56,685 nucleotides of DNA from an uncultured Lachnospiraceae bacterium (GTDB taxonomy: Bacteria > Bacillota > Clostridia > Lachnospirales > Lachnospiraceae): positions 1-56,685 of the forward strand of contig CACZPJ010000094.1 in NCBI GenBank assembly GCA_902782995.1, written 5' to 3'. This document shows, piece by piece, positions 47,065 through 56,685 of the stretch. Under the pieces are notes generated by a model. It ran no database searches. It was not told the DNA's origin and saw nothing but the letters and a program-made list of their open reading frames with translations. Both the position numbers and the translations under genes were made by a program. The first letter of the stretch is position 1. Every line of letters begins with the position of its first letter.

Positions 47065-48080
47065 CCAGCATTTTTCTCCTTGTTACGTCTTATCATGACC
47101 CATAGAACCACCGGGGCACCAAAAACAGCCGTTACTGTACTGATACTAAGCTCTGTTGGTGCAAAAAGTGTTCTTGCAAGCAGATCACAAAACAGGCAGA
47201 ACACCCCTCCACCAAAAAAACATGCCGGAATCATAAGAATCGGCTTTGCTGATTTTAACATTCCCTTTGCCAGATGCGGTACTGCAATTCCGACAAAGGA
47301 AATCGGTCCGGCAAATGCGACAATACAGGCTGAGAGAATACTCGAAAGAATCACCATTGCTACACGAAGTGCCTTAATATTCACGCCCATGTTTTTTGCA
47401 TAGGACTCCCCTAACTGATACGCCTCTAAAGGCTTTGATAAGAAAAATATCACACACACGGTAACAAGTGTTACTACACTCATGACAAGCACATGATCCC
47501 ATGTCGTACCGGAAAAACTTCCTCTTGACCAGTTATGAAGGTTCACAATATCTGCATCCTCTGCAAAAGTAACCACAAGTTCTGTGACTGCCGAACAGAT
47601 ATATCCGATCATGACTCCGCTTACTACTAACATCGACATGCTGCTTACCCGTCTAGACATTAACAGGACAAATCCCATAGACAGCATCGCACCCACAAAA
47701 GCTGCCACGATCATTGCCGCTGAACTGACCTTCACTGCATGCCCCATAAGAAACACCATAACAAGTGCCACAACCATTTTTGCCCCGGAAGAAATACCAA
47801 GCACAAATGGTCCTGCGATCGGATTGTGAAAAAAAGTCTGAAGCAGATAACCCGCTAAGGCTAACGCACCGCCTAATACCATCGCAGCTATTGTTCTCGG
47901 CATCCGGATATCTCGGATGATACGCCCTGTCTTATCGGTTGGATCTGATAGTACTGCCAGAAAATCCGTAATTGAAATACGAACCGTTCCGATACATATA
48001 TTCAGGATCATAAATACGGCCACTCCGGTAATCAATACCGTAAATGCCGCAAAATATCTTCTCTTACGTCTTTGTTCCAT
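47061..48080 (-). CDS. FecCD/BtuC-family permease
   Basis: RMPR, NPIAGPFVLGISSGA, GPISFVGIAVPH. Confidence 0.93.
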   Translation of the reverse strand: MEQRRKRRYFAAFTVLITGVAVFMILNICIGTVRISITDFLAVLSDPTDKTGRIIRDIRMPRTIAAMVLGGALALAGYLLQTFFHNPIAGPFVLGISSGAKMVVALVMVFLMGHAVKVSSAAMIVAAFVGAMLSMGFVLLMSRRVSSMSMLVVSGVMIGYICSAVTELVVTFAEDADIVNLHNWSRGSFSGTTWDHVLVMSVVTLVTVCVIFFLSKPLEAYQLGESYAKNMGVNIKALRVAMVILSSILSACIVAFAGPISFVGIAVPHLAKGMLKSAKPILMIPACFFGGGVFCLFCDLLARTLFAPTELSISTVTAVFGAPVVLWVMIRRNKEKNAG

Positions 48081-48104
48081 ATTTTCTCCGTAATATTTTT
48101 CCTG

Positions 48105-49313
48105 TTACTTCAAACGAAAAAGGTACTTCATCTGATTCTCATCTGCACCGGTCAGCATCGCATGCATATCACCGATCATATATCCGATAGACATCGACTG
48201 CTGATACATATCGTTTGTCGTACACCATACATTGCCATTCTGCACTGCCTTAAAATCTGCAAGCACCGGACATTTTTCAAGCAATTGGTCAATATTATCC
48301 ACACCGCCATCAATCGCACTGTTATAGATCAGATAATCCACATCCTTTGCACCATTATAAAAATCTTCTAACTGCATATTCATGGTGGATCTGCCCGGTG
48401 TCTCATCGGAAAGATCTTCAAAGATATATTTTCCACCTGCAAGAGCGATCATCTTTGGCACATAGTCTGTACTCTTTCTTACCTGGGCAAGTCCATTGGA
48501 AGTAATATAGAAAAAAGCAACTGTATTATGTGCACGATCAATAGTATCCTTCTGATCCTCCTGTACAATCTGATCTACGATCTGAATCTGCTTTTGAAAT
48601 ACCTCTTCTGCCTGTTCTTCTCTTCCGGTCAGTGCACCGAAGAACTTCACCCATTCCATTCTGCCTAACGGCTCTGATTCATAACTGGAATATTCGATAA
48701 CGGCCGGAATATCAAAATCTGCAAGCATCTCCACAACTTCCGGAGAATGCGTGATCATTTTATTTTCGATCGCAAGAGAACAATTTTCAGAAACAAGCAG
48801 CTCATAATCCGGCTTGCTGTATTTTCCGGCATAGATCAGACTGCCATCCTCCATTGCCTTTCTTGCGCCGTCAATGTACCAGCCATCCTTTTTCTGTGCA
48901 GAAAACCGGATCTGACCAATCGCATCGATCTTATCAAACATATCCATTACGGCCGATGAAACCAGATACAAATTACCCACCGGTTCCTTTAAAACAATGG
49001 TATCGGAATCGATTCCCGCCGGAGTATCCTTGCCCTTTGGTACAATCAGAATCTTTGTACCATCCATCGTGGTAAGTATCTTGTATCCACCCTCATAATA
49101 GTCTGCCGAAAAATTTTCAGCATACTGAAGATCCATACTATGTTCATATACAAGCTTATTTTCTGCTGTATCTGCTACTTCAGATGTATATTTTTCTTCC
49201 GTGGAATTGGAAGAAGGACTGCCACAGCCAAACAGCCCCAGCAGTCCTATCAAAAATATACAGCATAATGTTGTTATTCTTTTTCTTCCTGTCATAATCT
49301 TCCTCTTATTCAT
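48105..49313 (-). CDS. ABC substrate-binding lipoprotein (BtuF/siderophore class)
   Basis: Lipobox LFGC; YAENF, PDYELL, EPLGRMEWVKFFG. Confidence 0.88.
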   Translation of the reverse strand: MNKRKIMTGRKRITTLCCIFLIGLLGLFGCGSPSSNSTEEKYTSEVADTAENKLVYEHSMDLQYAENFSADYYEGGYKILTTMDGTKILIVPKGKDTPAGIDSDTIVLKEPVGNLYLVSSAVMDMFDKIDAIGQIRFSAQKKDGWYIDGARKAMEDGSLIYAGKYSKPDYELLVSENCSLAIENKMITHSPEVVEMLADFDIPAVIEYSSYESEPLGRMEWVKFFGALTGREEQAEEVFQKQIQIVDQIVQEDQKDTIDRAHNTVAFFYITSNGLAQVRKSTDYVPKMIALAGGKYIFEDLSDETPGRSTMNMQLEDFYNGAKDVDYLIYNSAIDGGVDNIDQLLEKCPVLADFKAVQNGNVWCTTNDMYQQSMSIGYMIGDMHAMLTGADENQMKYLFRLK

Positions 49314-49336
49314 ACGACAATATGAAGCATCCGCTT

Positions 49337-50233
49337 TTACTCCGCTACAACCTGTGCTGTATCTGAGTGAAACGTAAGTGTATACGTAATCTCATGCGGT
49401 TTGCTCATTGCCACGGTATCACCAATTACATCCATCGGTGTATCAAGCGTAACCGGAATCTCAAACACAGAATTCCCATCTGTGTTTACCGGTGTATACT
49501 TTTCTCCATCTACAACCATATAATCATAATTCGGACTGCTCCACTCAACAGTAGCAATGACAGAATCTCCATTTACCGTGACCTTTGCCGGTGAGGAAAT
49601 ACTCGCCCTTCCGCTTCCCCCTTCAAAGTCAAGTTCCATGGTATAGGTGCCGTCTGTAAGTGCTGTCTCTGTCTGTGTGGTTTCTTCCTGTGGCTGTGGA
49701 TCCGATACCTTCACCTTATGATCGTACCACTTTCCCTTTTTCCCGATCAGTGCAAGATCAAATTCCTCATCAATTACAGGAACCGGCACATCAAATCCAT
49801 ACACCTCTTCTACTGTTCCATCCTCATAATTCACAGTATCTGTTGTTGGGTCTAAGAGTACTGCGCCATCCTTTTGTGCATCCTCTGCCGTTCCCAGGAA
49901 AAGATTCAGTACATTCTTAGATGGCAGTGTAATATGGATCGTTGCCTGGCCATCCTTTACGGTAAGAGTTCCTTTGTTGTCATATGCTTCATTGATATGA
50001 AACATTGCATTATCTGTTGTAAACTCTGCTGTATAGATGCCATCTGCCAGATCAATAGTACCTGCGTTTTGTATATCAGTTTCTGTATCCTGTACTTTTT
50101 CCGTAACAGCCTCTGCTACATGCTCTGTAGCAGGCTGTTTATCTGCCTGATCCTTCTTGTTATCAGAGCAGCCTGCCATCCCTACGCAAAGCATCGTTAC
50201 GATGGCAGCTGTATATAATGTATGTTTTTTCAT
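49337..50233 (-). CDS. Lipoprotein with two NEAT-like beta domains
   Basis: Lipobox MAGC; two units starting LADGIYT and LTDGTYT; GGSGRA, WSSPNYDYM, AMSKPHEITY. Confidence 0.7.
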   Translation of the reverse strand: MKKHTLYTAAIVTMLCVGMAGCSDNKKDQADKQPATEHVAEAVTEKVQDTETDIQNAGTIDLADGIYTAEFTTDNAMFHINEAYDNKGTLTVKDGQATIHITLPSKNVLNLFLGTAEDAQKDGAVLLDPTTDTVNYEDGTVEEVYGFDVPVPVIDEEFDLALIGKKGKWYDHKVKVSDPQPQEETTQTETALTDGTYTMELDFEGGSGRASISSPAKVTVNGDSVIATVEWSSPNYDYMVVDGEKYTPVNTDGNSVFEIPVTLDTPMDVIGDTVAMSKPHEITYTLTFHSDTAQVVAE

Positions 50234-50261
50234 AAAATCATTCCTGTTTCTTAACGTTCTG

Positions 50262-51509
50262 TTACTCATTCATGGCGTTTGCTGTGTGCTGTACATAGAT
50301 CTTCTCGATATCCTCGATAGAGCCAAGTCCGCTGATCTGTGCATCTACACTGTCAAACTTTCCGGAAGCCTTGAACATGCTGATCCATGAATCATCATCG
50401 CTTCCTGCCATGTCATTGTTTGCATGATCACCGGCTACAACCATAAGCGGACGAAGAACGATCTTCTTAAATCCTGCATTTGCAGCCTTCTCGATAACAG
50501 CGTCACATGCAGTATCCTCCGGCTCACCTTCAACGGTTCCGATAAATACATTGTCATATCCAAGATCTGTTATCTGCGCCTGCATCTGGCTGTAAGAGAT
50601 CTTTGCTGTATGACTTGTACCATGTCCCATAAATACAAATGCTGTTCCATCCTCTTTGGCTGCTTCGATGCTGTCATATCCGGCAACTTTAACTGCCTCT
50701 GCGGTAAGTGTCTCTGCAACAGCCTTTTTATCATCATTTACAGATGTTGCATCTTCACCAACTTCACCAAGTAATGGCTCTGCGATCTTAACAGAATCAA
50801 ACTTATCCTTATATGCTTCTACAGCTTCTACCATCTCATCATATTCTGCACCATGCATCAGATGTGTCGGCTGAACAACAAGATTCTTTACATGATTTGC
50901 AACTGCACGATCTAATGCCTGATCCATGTTATCAATCTTCTCGCCTTCTCTTGCCTGTACATGGTTGATGATGATCTGTGCTGTAAATGCACGTCTTACG
51001 GACCAGTCCGGATTTGCCTCTGCAATTGCATCCTCGATTCCCTTGATATCTGCTACACGGCTGTCATTAAAGGAAGTTCCAAAGCTTACTACAAGGATCT
51101 CATTGTCTCCGATCTCATCCTGGTTACGTGGATCATCCTTTGATGCATCGCCTGTATCTCTTCCGAAATATTCCGGATCTGCATTTTCGCCTTCTACAAG
51201 CTCTTTCTGTGTATCGGTAAGTGCATCCCATGCAGCTTTTGCTTCCTCACACTGCTTATCTGTGTCATCTGTTCTCTCCTGAACATAGATCGCATCGATC
51301 AGATCTGCCACATGATCTGCTGCCTTCTGGTCTGCATCTGCGTCAGCCTCGGTAGATTTCTCCGTATCTCCGGCTGCAACTGCTTCGCTTTCCTTCTGTG
51401 AAGATGCCTCTGTATTGCTCTTTGCATCACCATTGTTGCTTCCACATCCTGTTACAACTGTAGCAGCCATAACTGCGGACATAAATAATACTACGACTTT
51501 CTTTTTCAT
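50262..51509 (-). CDS. cbiK: Sirohydrochlorin cobaltochelatase with lipoprotein signal peptide
   Basis: Lipobox VTGC; VVSFGTS, RRAFT, MGHG, MVVAGDHANNDMAG. Confidence 0.92.
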   Translation of the reverse strand: MKKKVVVLFMSAVMAATVVTGCGSNNGDAKSNTEASSQKESEAVAAGDTEKSTEADADADQKAADHVADLIDAIYVQERTDDTDKQCEEAKAAWDALTDTQKELVEGENADPEYFGRDTGDASKDDPRNQDEIGDNEILVVSFGTSFNDSRVADIKGIEDAIAEANPDWSVRRAFTAQIIINHVQAREGEKIDNMDQALDRAVANHVKNLVVQPTHLMHGAEYDEMVEAVEAYKDKFDSVKIAEPLLGEVGEDATSVNDDKKAVAETLTAEAVKVAGYDSIEAAKEDGTAFVFMGHGTSHTAKISYSQMQAQITDLGYDNVFIGTVEGEPEDTACDAVIEKAANAGFKKIVLRPLMVVAGDHANNDMAGSDDDSWISMFKASGKFDSVDAQISGLGSIEDIEKIYVQHTANAMNE

Positions 51510-51587
51510 GTTTCCTCCTTTGCATTCTCATGCCTTGTAAATAAATGATATGAAATATGTAAGTCAGAAACATTTTACTGCATAACG

Positions 51588-51622
51588 AAAAAAAGCCCTT
51601 TCCAAATACAGGTAAAGGGTTT
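51588..51622 (-). terminator. Riboswitch expression-platform terminator
   Basis: Minus strand ACCCTTT...AAAGGGC followed by TTTTTTT, between the aptamer and cbiK. Confidence 0.7.
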
Positions 51623-51722
51623 GTACATCACAAATAGCGCGATAGATACTATCACGTTATGATATCTATAAACGTACAACCAATTCCTCGTGGTCTGAAA
51701 CAATTCATGTTTCTGTACAACT

Positions 51723-51905
51723 CCAAGGCAGGTCTCCCGGCTTAAAGATCTTTCTCCGGTCATCTTCCCAGTTTCCCAGTGATATATTGACCATCACTCC
51801 CTAATTACGGTGACGAGTTCGTACAGGACTTACACCTGTTTCCCTTTTCACCGGAGCCAGATATCTGCTTTGCTTCCATATCTGCTCCGACACCTTGTCG
51901 CTACA
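51723..51905 (-). promoter_or_regulatory. Cobalamin riboswitch
   Basis: Minus strand AAGGTG...GAAAAGGGAAACAGGTGTAAGTCCTG...CACCGTA...CACTGGGAAACTGGGAAG...AGCCGGGAGACCTGCC (B12 box). Confidence 0.95.
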
Positions 51906-51982
51906 TATTCATTTTAAAAATATTCAAATGATATACACTCAAATATTTGCAGTGCATATTATATTACAATCAGAATAATTAT

Positions 51983-52750
51983 TCAATCCCAATTTTTCTT
52001 TTCTGCCTGATACACGATCCTTCTAGGCTCCGCGCCATAAGGATGTGCCATGCACACGCCGCCAAACCATGTATAAGGCTCATCCCCTGCATTCATTCCA
52101 TGCGCGACCTCCCATACTGCCTGACGCTGTGCTTCACAAAGGGACGCATCCTCTAAGTGGCTGCTGTGACCGGTAAGGATATGATCAAATGACGGTCGCA
52201 GCTTCTGCACCTTATCTAATGACGCAAGCAGAACCGGAACCGGACACGCATCCTCCATCTGCATCCAGGTCTGCTCAATGATCGTATCCCCGGTAAAAAG
52301 AATCCGTTCCTTACGGTCTAGCAATACAATCCCGCCCGGTGTGTGTCCCGGTGTATCATAGATCTCAAGTGAGATACCACCAAGATCAATGACATCCCCT
52401 TCCTGTATCGCAGAAAATTCTGCCGGCCTGCGGTCAAGCTTCTCACACCATGCCACAAATTCCGGATCTGCAAAGTAATGCTCTGCGACTGCAATATCCC
52501 TCGGATGAATATACACACGGTCAAAATAGATATTTCCATAGACATGGTCAAAATGACCGTGTGTATTGACTACCATAAGCGGCAGATCCGTAAGTTCCCG
52601 CACGAATGCATGGATATCCTCCCTGCCATTTGCCGTATCGATCAAAAGTGCCTTGTCCGTTCCGGTAACAAGGTATGCCGTCGATTCATCATGATCGTTC
52701 ATAAGCCGGATATGACCGCTTATTTTTTCTTCCTTCATCCGTAAAAACAT
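51983..52750 (-). CDS. MBL-fold metallo-hydrolase
   Basis: LLIDT, THGHFDH, PGHTPG, FTGD, GH. Confidence 0.9.
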   Translation of the reverse strand: MFLRMKEEKISGHIRLMNDHDESTAYLVTGTDKALLIDTANGREDIHAFVRELTDLPLMVVNTHGHFDHVYGNIYFDRVYIHPRDIAVAEHYFADPEFVAWCEKLDRRPAEFSAIQEGDVIDLGGISLEIYDTPGHTPGGIVLLDRKERILFTGDTIIEQTWMQMEDACPVPVLLASLDKVQKLRPSFDHILTGHSSHLEDASLCEAQRQAVWEVAHGMNAGDEPYTWFGGVCMAHPYGAEPRRIVYQAEKKNWD

Positions 52751-54674
52751 TCTATTTCACCAGTACTTTCACTTTCTTTCTGCTGCGTGGTCTTATATGT
52801 AAGGAACGCTCCCTTGTCCTTCTTGCCCGTAGATGATATTTTTCCGTCCGGTACCTTTAAGGAAACAGCAGCACCTGCCTTCTCATTGCTTGTCGCTTTA
52901 TAACGGACAAGAACCTTACCGGCAGACAATCCGGTGATCGTTGTACCGGTAACTGCCTTCCATGTCTTACCGGAATTCAGCGAATACTCCATCTTCTTAC
53001 TTACCCCGGTGATCTTACCATTTTTGCCGCCCTTTGTAGTTGGTGCCGCTGCCTTTAATCCCTTTGGTGCTGCAACAGATCTCTTATGGATCTTAAAGCT
53101 CTGCACTGCACGGATGCCGTTTACTGACATTACCGCCCAGTAAGTGCCTGCATTCTTCGGAGCCTTTCCATCGGAGGCTGCACCATTCTTCGCCGGTGTT
53201 GTCTGCTTCGTACATGCTGCATTCGTGTAATACGTGATCAAAGGGACTGTGAGTCCTGCATTCTTCCACTTCGCTGTGTTATCAAGTGTGATTCCAATCG
53301 CCTTGCCGGAATAAGTCTTATTCCCCTGTACCATGGAAAGCGAAACGATTCCGTTTGTACCTAACTTACAGTTACGATTCTGACACTGTGCATAGAGTGT
53401 ATAAGGATCAACGCTTCCCACCGAATATCTCCAGTTATGTGCGGTTTCTTCACTCTCTTCATTTACCAGATAGAGATCACTTCCGCGTGCCTCAAGCTTC
53501 GTACCGGAATAATCCGCAAAAAAGGCTGCCTTCTTTGCTGCACCGCCTTTCACCGCTAACATCTCCTGATAAAGCCCGCTGCTTAATGGTGCAATACCAA
53601 TCTGTGATGATGTATCAAAGGTAGAACCTAAAACGATTGTATTTTCCGAATAGTTGTCCAGACAAAGATCACTTGCCCTGTTATCTTTGCGTACATTACC
53701 CTTGATGATATTTTTGCCTTCCAGGGTAATATCGACCGATGAACGGATTCCTCCAGCCTCACGTCCTTCTGAGTATGAAGATGTCTCAAGATTCTTATTG
53801 CCTGTGATCGTACAGTTCTTCAGGGTAGCTTTGTCATTATCATACAGCCGGATCGTAGCATCACTGCCTGTCACATTATTCCGGATAACCGTATTAATCA
53901 TGAAAAACTCTGCGCCCTTCACCCGGATCACTCCATCACATCTGGAAGAATTTCCTTCTATGATACAATCTCCAATCTGACACAGAGTGTTTCTTCCGGG
54001 ACTACTTGGCACATTCAAAATACCTGCCTGATTAAACTGTGTACTGTTATCATAAAATTGTGTATGGCTGATTGCTACTGAATTATAGGACCAGATACAG
54101 GAACCGCCATCCCCGGTCGTGATATTCTTATAGAACGTTCCACCAGTTACCCAAACCGCATGATCATGCATACTAAGAATGATACCGGACCTTCCACCGG
54201 AATACTGGGTTGCATGAAAGCCGGTAATAATACCGCCCTTAATCACTGTTCCACCCGAGGTAACATACTTCGATCCATGATCCGCATCCGGCCGGCTGTC
54301 TTTTACAATGTAATCCCCTTCAAAGCAGTTAATCGCATAAAACGGCTTTAAAGTGTCATACTCCGTATCATATGGCAGCCCGCTAAAATCCAATACGTGG
54401 CCATTGAGATCTACACATGACTTCCTATGCACGGTAATCTCGTCTGTTACCACAATATCCGCATTCAGACGGACATAGCCCTTACCTGCATAATCCCTCC
54501 ACTCTTCTGCGGTAGAAATCAGCCACGGATCCTCTGACGTACCGCTTCCCTCCGGAGTAGAAGCAGCATGAACCGTTATGCTGCCACCGGGCATCATGGT
54601 AAGAAGCATCATACATGCCAGTAAAAACATCCGATACGTCCAAAAATACTACTAGGAATCTTTTCCTTGTTCAT
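52735..54674 (-). pseudogene. Secreted beta-helix (pectin-lyase/Pmp-like) surface protein; frameshift in signal peptide, C-terminus apparently truncated
   Basis: GGAGG + ATG at 54674 gives MNKEKIPSSIFGRIGCF, which shifts frame at a T5 tract relative to the 631-aa ORF (52735-54630); GSGTSEDPWLI, beta-helix repeats, MBG-like APKNAGTY. Confidence 0.65.
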
Positions 54675-54729
54675 AACTCATACCTCCCTTTCTGTTGTAT
54701 GTTGTAAAAATGTATAGTTCTTCTTATAT

Positions 54730-56685
54730 TTAAAGATACTCCGTCAGAGCATCATATAAGACCTGTGGTTCAATCGGCTTTGACAGGTGTGCATTCATTC
54801 CAGCCGCCTTAGCAGCCTCTCTGTCTTCTTCAAATGCATTCGCTGTCATTGCCAGAATTGGAATCGTCTTCGCATCATCACGATCCATCTTGCGGATGAT
54901 ACGGGTTGCCTGCAAGCCGTCAAGCTCCGGCATACGGATGTCCATCAGGATCAGATCATAATAGGATACCGGTGAAGCTGCAAACATCTCACAACCAATC
55001 TTTCCATTTTCGGCGGTCTCCACCTCCATCTGCTGATTGTACAACAGCTTACATGCAATCTGCCGGTTCAACGGGTGGTCTTCACAGAGCAAGATACGCT
55101 TTCCGGCAAGCTTTTGCAGCTTGTCCTCCTGTTCTGCTCTCTTTGCTTCATCCTCTGACCGTTCTTTTGCTTCCTCGGCTAATGGAAACAGGAAACGGAT
55201 CGTAAAGGTCGTTCCTTTCCCTGTCCGGCTCTCACAGTTGATCGTTCCACCCATCAGATCAATGAGCTGGCGGGCAATGGCAAGACCAAGTCCTGTTCCG
55301 TCGTGATCCGGTGACTCCTGTGCAAACGGTTCATACATCTTCTTCTGGAATTCTTCACTCATCCCGACACCAGTATCTTTAATCACGATTTGATAACCAA
55401 GATGGTCATCCACATATACTGTTTCTGTCACAACAAGAGATACGCTTCCACCGTCCGGTGTAAACTTAACCGCATTTGACAACAGATTCACAAAAATCTG
55501 GTTCAGCCGCTGTTCATCTCCATACAGATAACGATCTTCCAGTTTCCGGATATCTGCCGTAAAACAAATTTCCTTCCGGGCTGCCAGCTCATCAATCATT
55601 GCAATGATCATATCCCAGAACTGTGTCGAAGAAAACGGTTCGATCTTAAGTTCCATTTTTCCACTGTCAATCTTTGTCATATCCAGCACTTCATTGATCA
55701 GTCCTAATAAATACTTTCCGGATCCATTGATCTTCGCAAGATACTCTAAGAGCTGCTCCTTTTCGCAGGCATTCGTCACTTCCGGTGAAGAAAATCCAAT
55801 AATCGCATTCATCGGTGTCCGCATGTCATGACTCATCCGGGAAAAAAATTCTGTCCGTACCCTTGTCTGGTTGATCGTCTGTGTCTTCGTCTCTAACGCA
55901 TCTATCAGCTGATCGATCTCCTTAATATTAATATGCTCTAACCCTTCTCCATCCTCCGGCTTCATATTTTTGACACGAAGTGCAAGGCGTTTGATCGGAT
56001 GCGTCAGAAGATGACTGATCAGGATCGATACCATGCATCCGATTCCGAGCATAACGAGTGTGATTACCAAAAGAGACTGCCTGATCTCATCGCTGACGGA
56101 CAACAGCACCTGATCCGGTGTGATTCCGACCAGTGCGAATTTTTCCTGCTCAAAGGGAGTATGCCGGTTATAGACCTTCATCGGACTTACCGCACAGTAG
56201 ACGTTCCTATCCTGCATGCCATGGTATTGATACAAATGCTCACTGTCTGCAAGCTTATCCTCAGCCTGTAAGCTGAATCTGCTCTTATCCAAAAATATAC
56301 GTTCAAACATCGTACCCGAATACGCAACCACATAACAATTCAGATCATCTCCCGCGTATTTCACCAGTGCATAGGCACCCTGTCCCTGCCCCTCTAATTC
56401 ACTATCCGGCAGAAGACTTGTAAGGTAATTCACGCTCAGTTCCACACCCATGACACCATACACCGTATGATCTGCACCAATCAACGGAATGGAATAGGAG
56501 ATCATCTTCGGACTGCTCTCTACAAAAGAATGCACCCCCGACAGATATGCCAGGTCTGCCGCATCTGCATCCGGTGTCTGATATGCCTGCTGCATCGGAC
56601 GATAGAAATAATCACCCTGATCGAAGCTGTCTGTATCAAAAGTATACCACGCTTCCCAGTAAGTGTCGAGTGGGCAGCGGATGTC
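54730..56685 (-). CDS. Hybrid sensor histidine kinase (HAMP-HisKA-HATPase-receiver), 5' end outside the window
   Basis: MSHDMRTPMN, NLLSNAVKFT, DTGVG, GTGLGL, LMDIRMP, HLSKP; frame stays open to the window edge. Confidence 0.93.
   Translation of the reverse strand, partial: DIRCPLDTYWEAWYTFDTDSFDQGDYFYRPMQQAYQTPDADAADLAYLSGVHSFVESSPKMISYSIPLIGADHTVYGVMGVELSVNYLTSLLPDSELEGQGQGAYALVKYAGDDLNCYVVAYSGTMFERIFLDKSRFSLQAEDKLADSEHLYQYHGMQDRNVYCAVSPMKVYNRHTPFEQEKFALVGITPDQVLLSVSDEIRQSLLVITLVMLGIGCMVSILISHLLTHPIKRLALRVKNMKPEDGEGLEHINIKEIDQLIDALETKTQTINQTRVRTEFFSRMSHDMRTPMNAIIGFSSPEVTNACEKEQLLEYLAKINGSGKYLLGLINEVLDMTKIDSGKMELKIEPFSSTQFWDMIIAMIDELAARKEICFTADIRKLEDRYLYGDEQRLNQIFVNLLSNAVKFTPDGGSVSLVVTETVYVDDHLGYQIVIKDTGVGMSEEFQKKMYEPFAQESPDHDGTGLGLAIARQLIDLMGGTINCESRTGKGTTFTIRFLFPLAEEAKERSEDEAKRAEQEDKLQKLAGKRILLCEDHPLNRQIACKLLYNQQMEVETAENGKIGCEMFAASPVSYYDLILMDIRMPELDGLQATRIIRKMDRDDAKTIPILAMTANAFEEDREAAKAAGMNAHLSKPIEPQVLYDALTEYL

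Noticed and set aside
51575-51763. 62-aa ORF upstream of cbiK
   Set aside because: Overlaps the riboswitch aptamer and terminator; no RBS

Overview
A 56.7-kb chromosomal segment from a spore-forming gut Firmicute (gene content suggests Lachnospiraceae; inference). Most genes are on the minus strand. From left to right: (1) a group IIC intron with RT/maturase, inserted after a Rho-independent terminator; (2) a probable peptide-signalling locus: an unannotated 16-aa Trp-rich peptide, an AgrC-like GHKL kinase with an AT-rich sensor domain, and a Spo0A-like regulator, split by an AAA-ATPase/TOPRIM-like pair; (3) dxs and a Csp-type subtilase; (4) a ~12.5-kb quinate/shikimate locus (chorismate mutase-AroK fusion, TRAP, AroD, MFS, two shikimate dehydrogenases, two LysR genes, an Fe-S flavin ene-reductase); (5) a CapA-family gene, then a small AT-rich island remnant with a YhcG nuclease and a tRNA-like att scar; (6) purE, an M29 aminopeptidase, VanZ, pyrE; (7) a sortase-anchored surface protein with an internal eukaryote-like ubiquitin domain, next to a second AAA-ATPase/PD-(D/E)xK pair; (8) a cobalamin-riboswitch-controlled uptake and cbi operon with a lipoprotein CbiK and no cbiL; (9) an MBL hydrolase, a frameshifted beta-helix surface protein, and a hybrid histidine kinase cut by the window edge. 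Best novelty candidates: the ubiquitin-domain surface protein, the peptide/kinase/Spo0A-like system, the putative reductive quinate pathway, and the two ATPase-nuclease pairs. All family calls are motif recognition by eye; no database searches were run.
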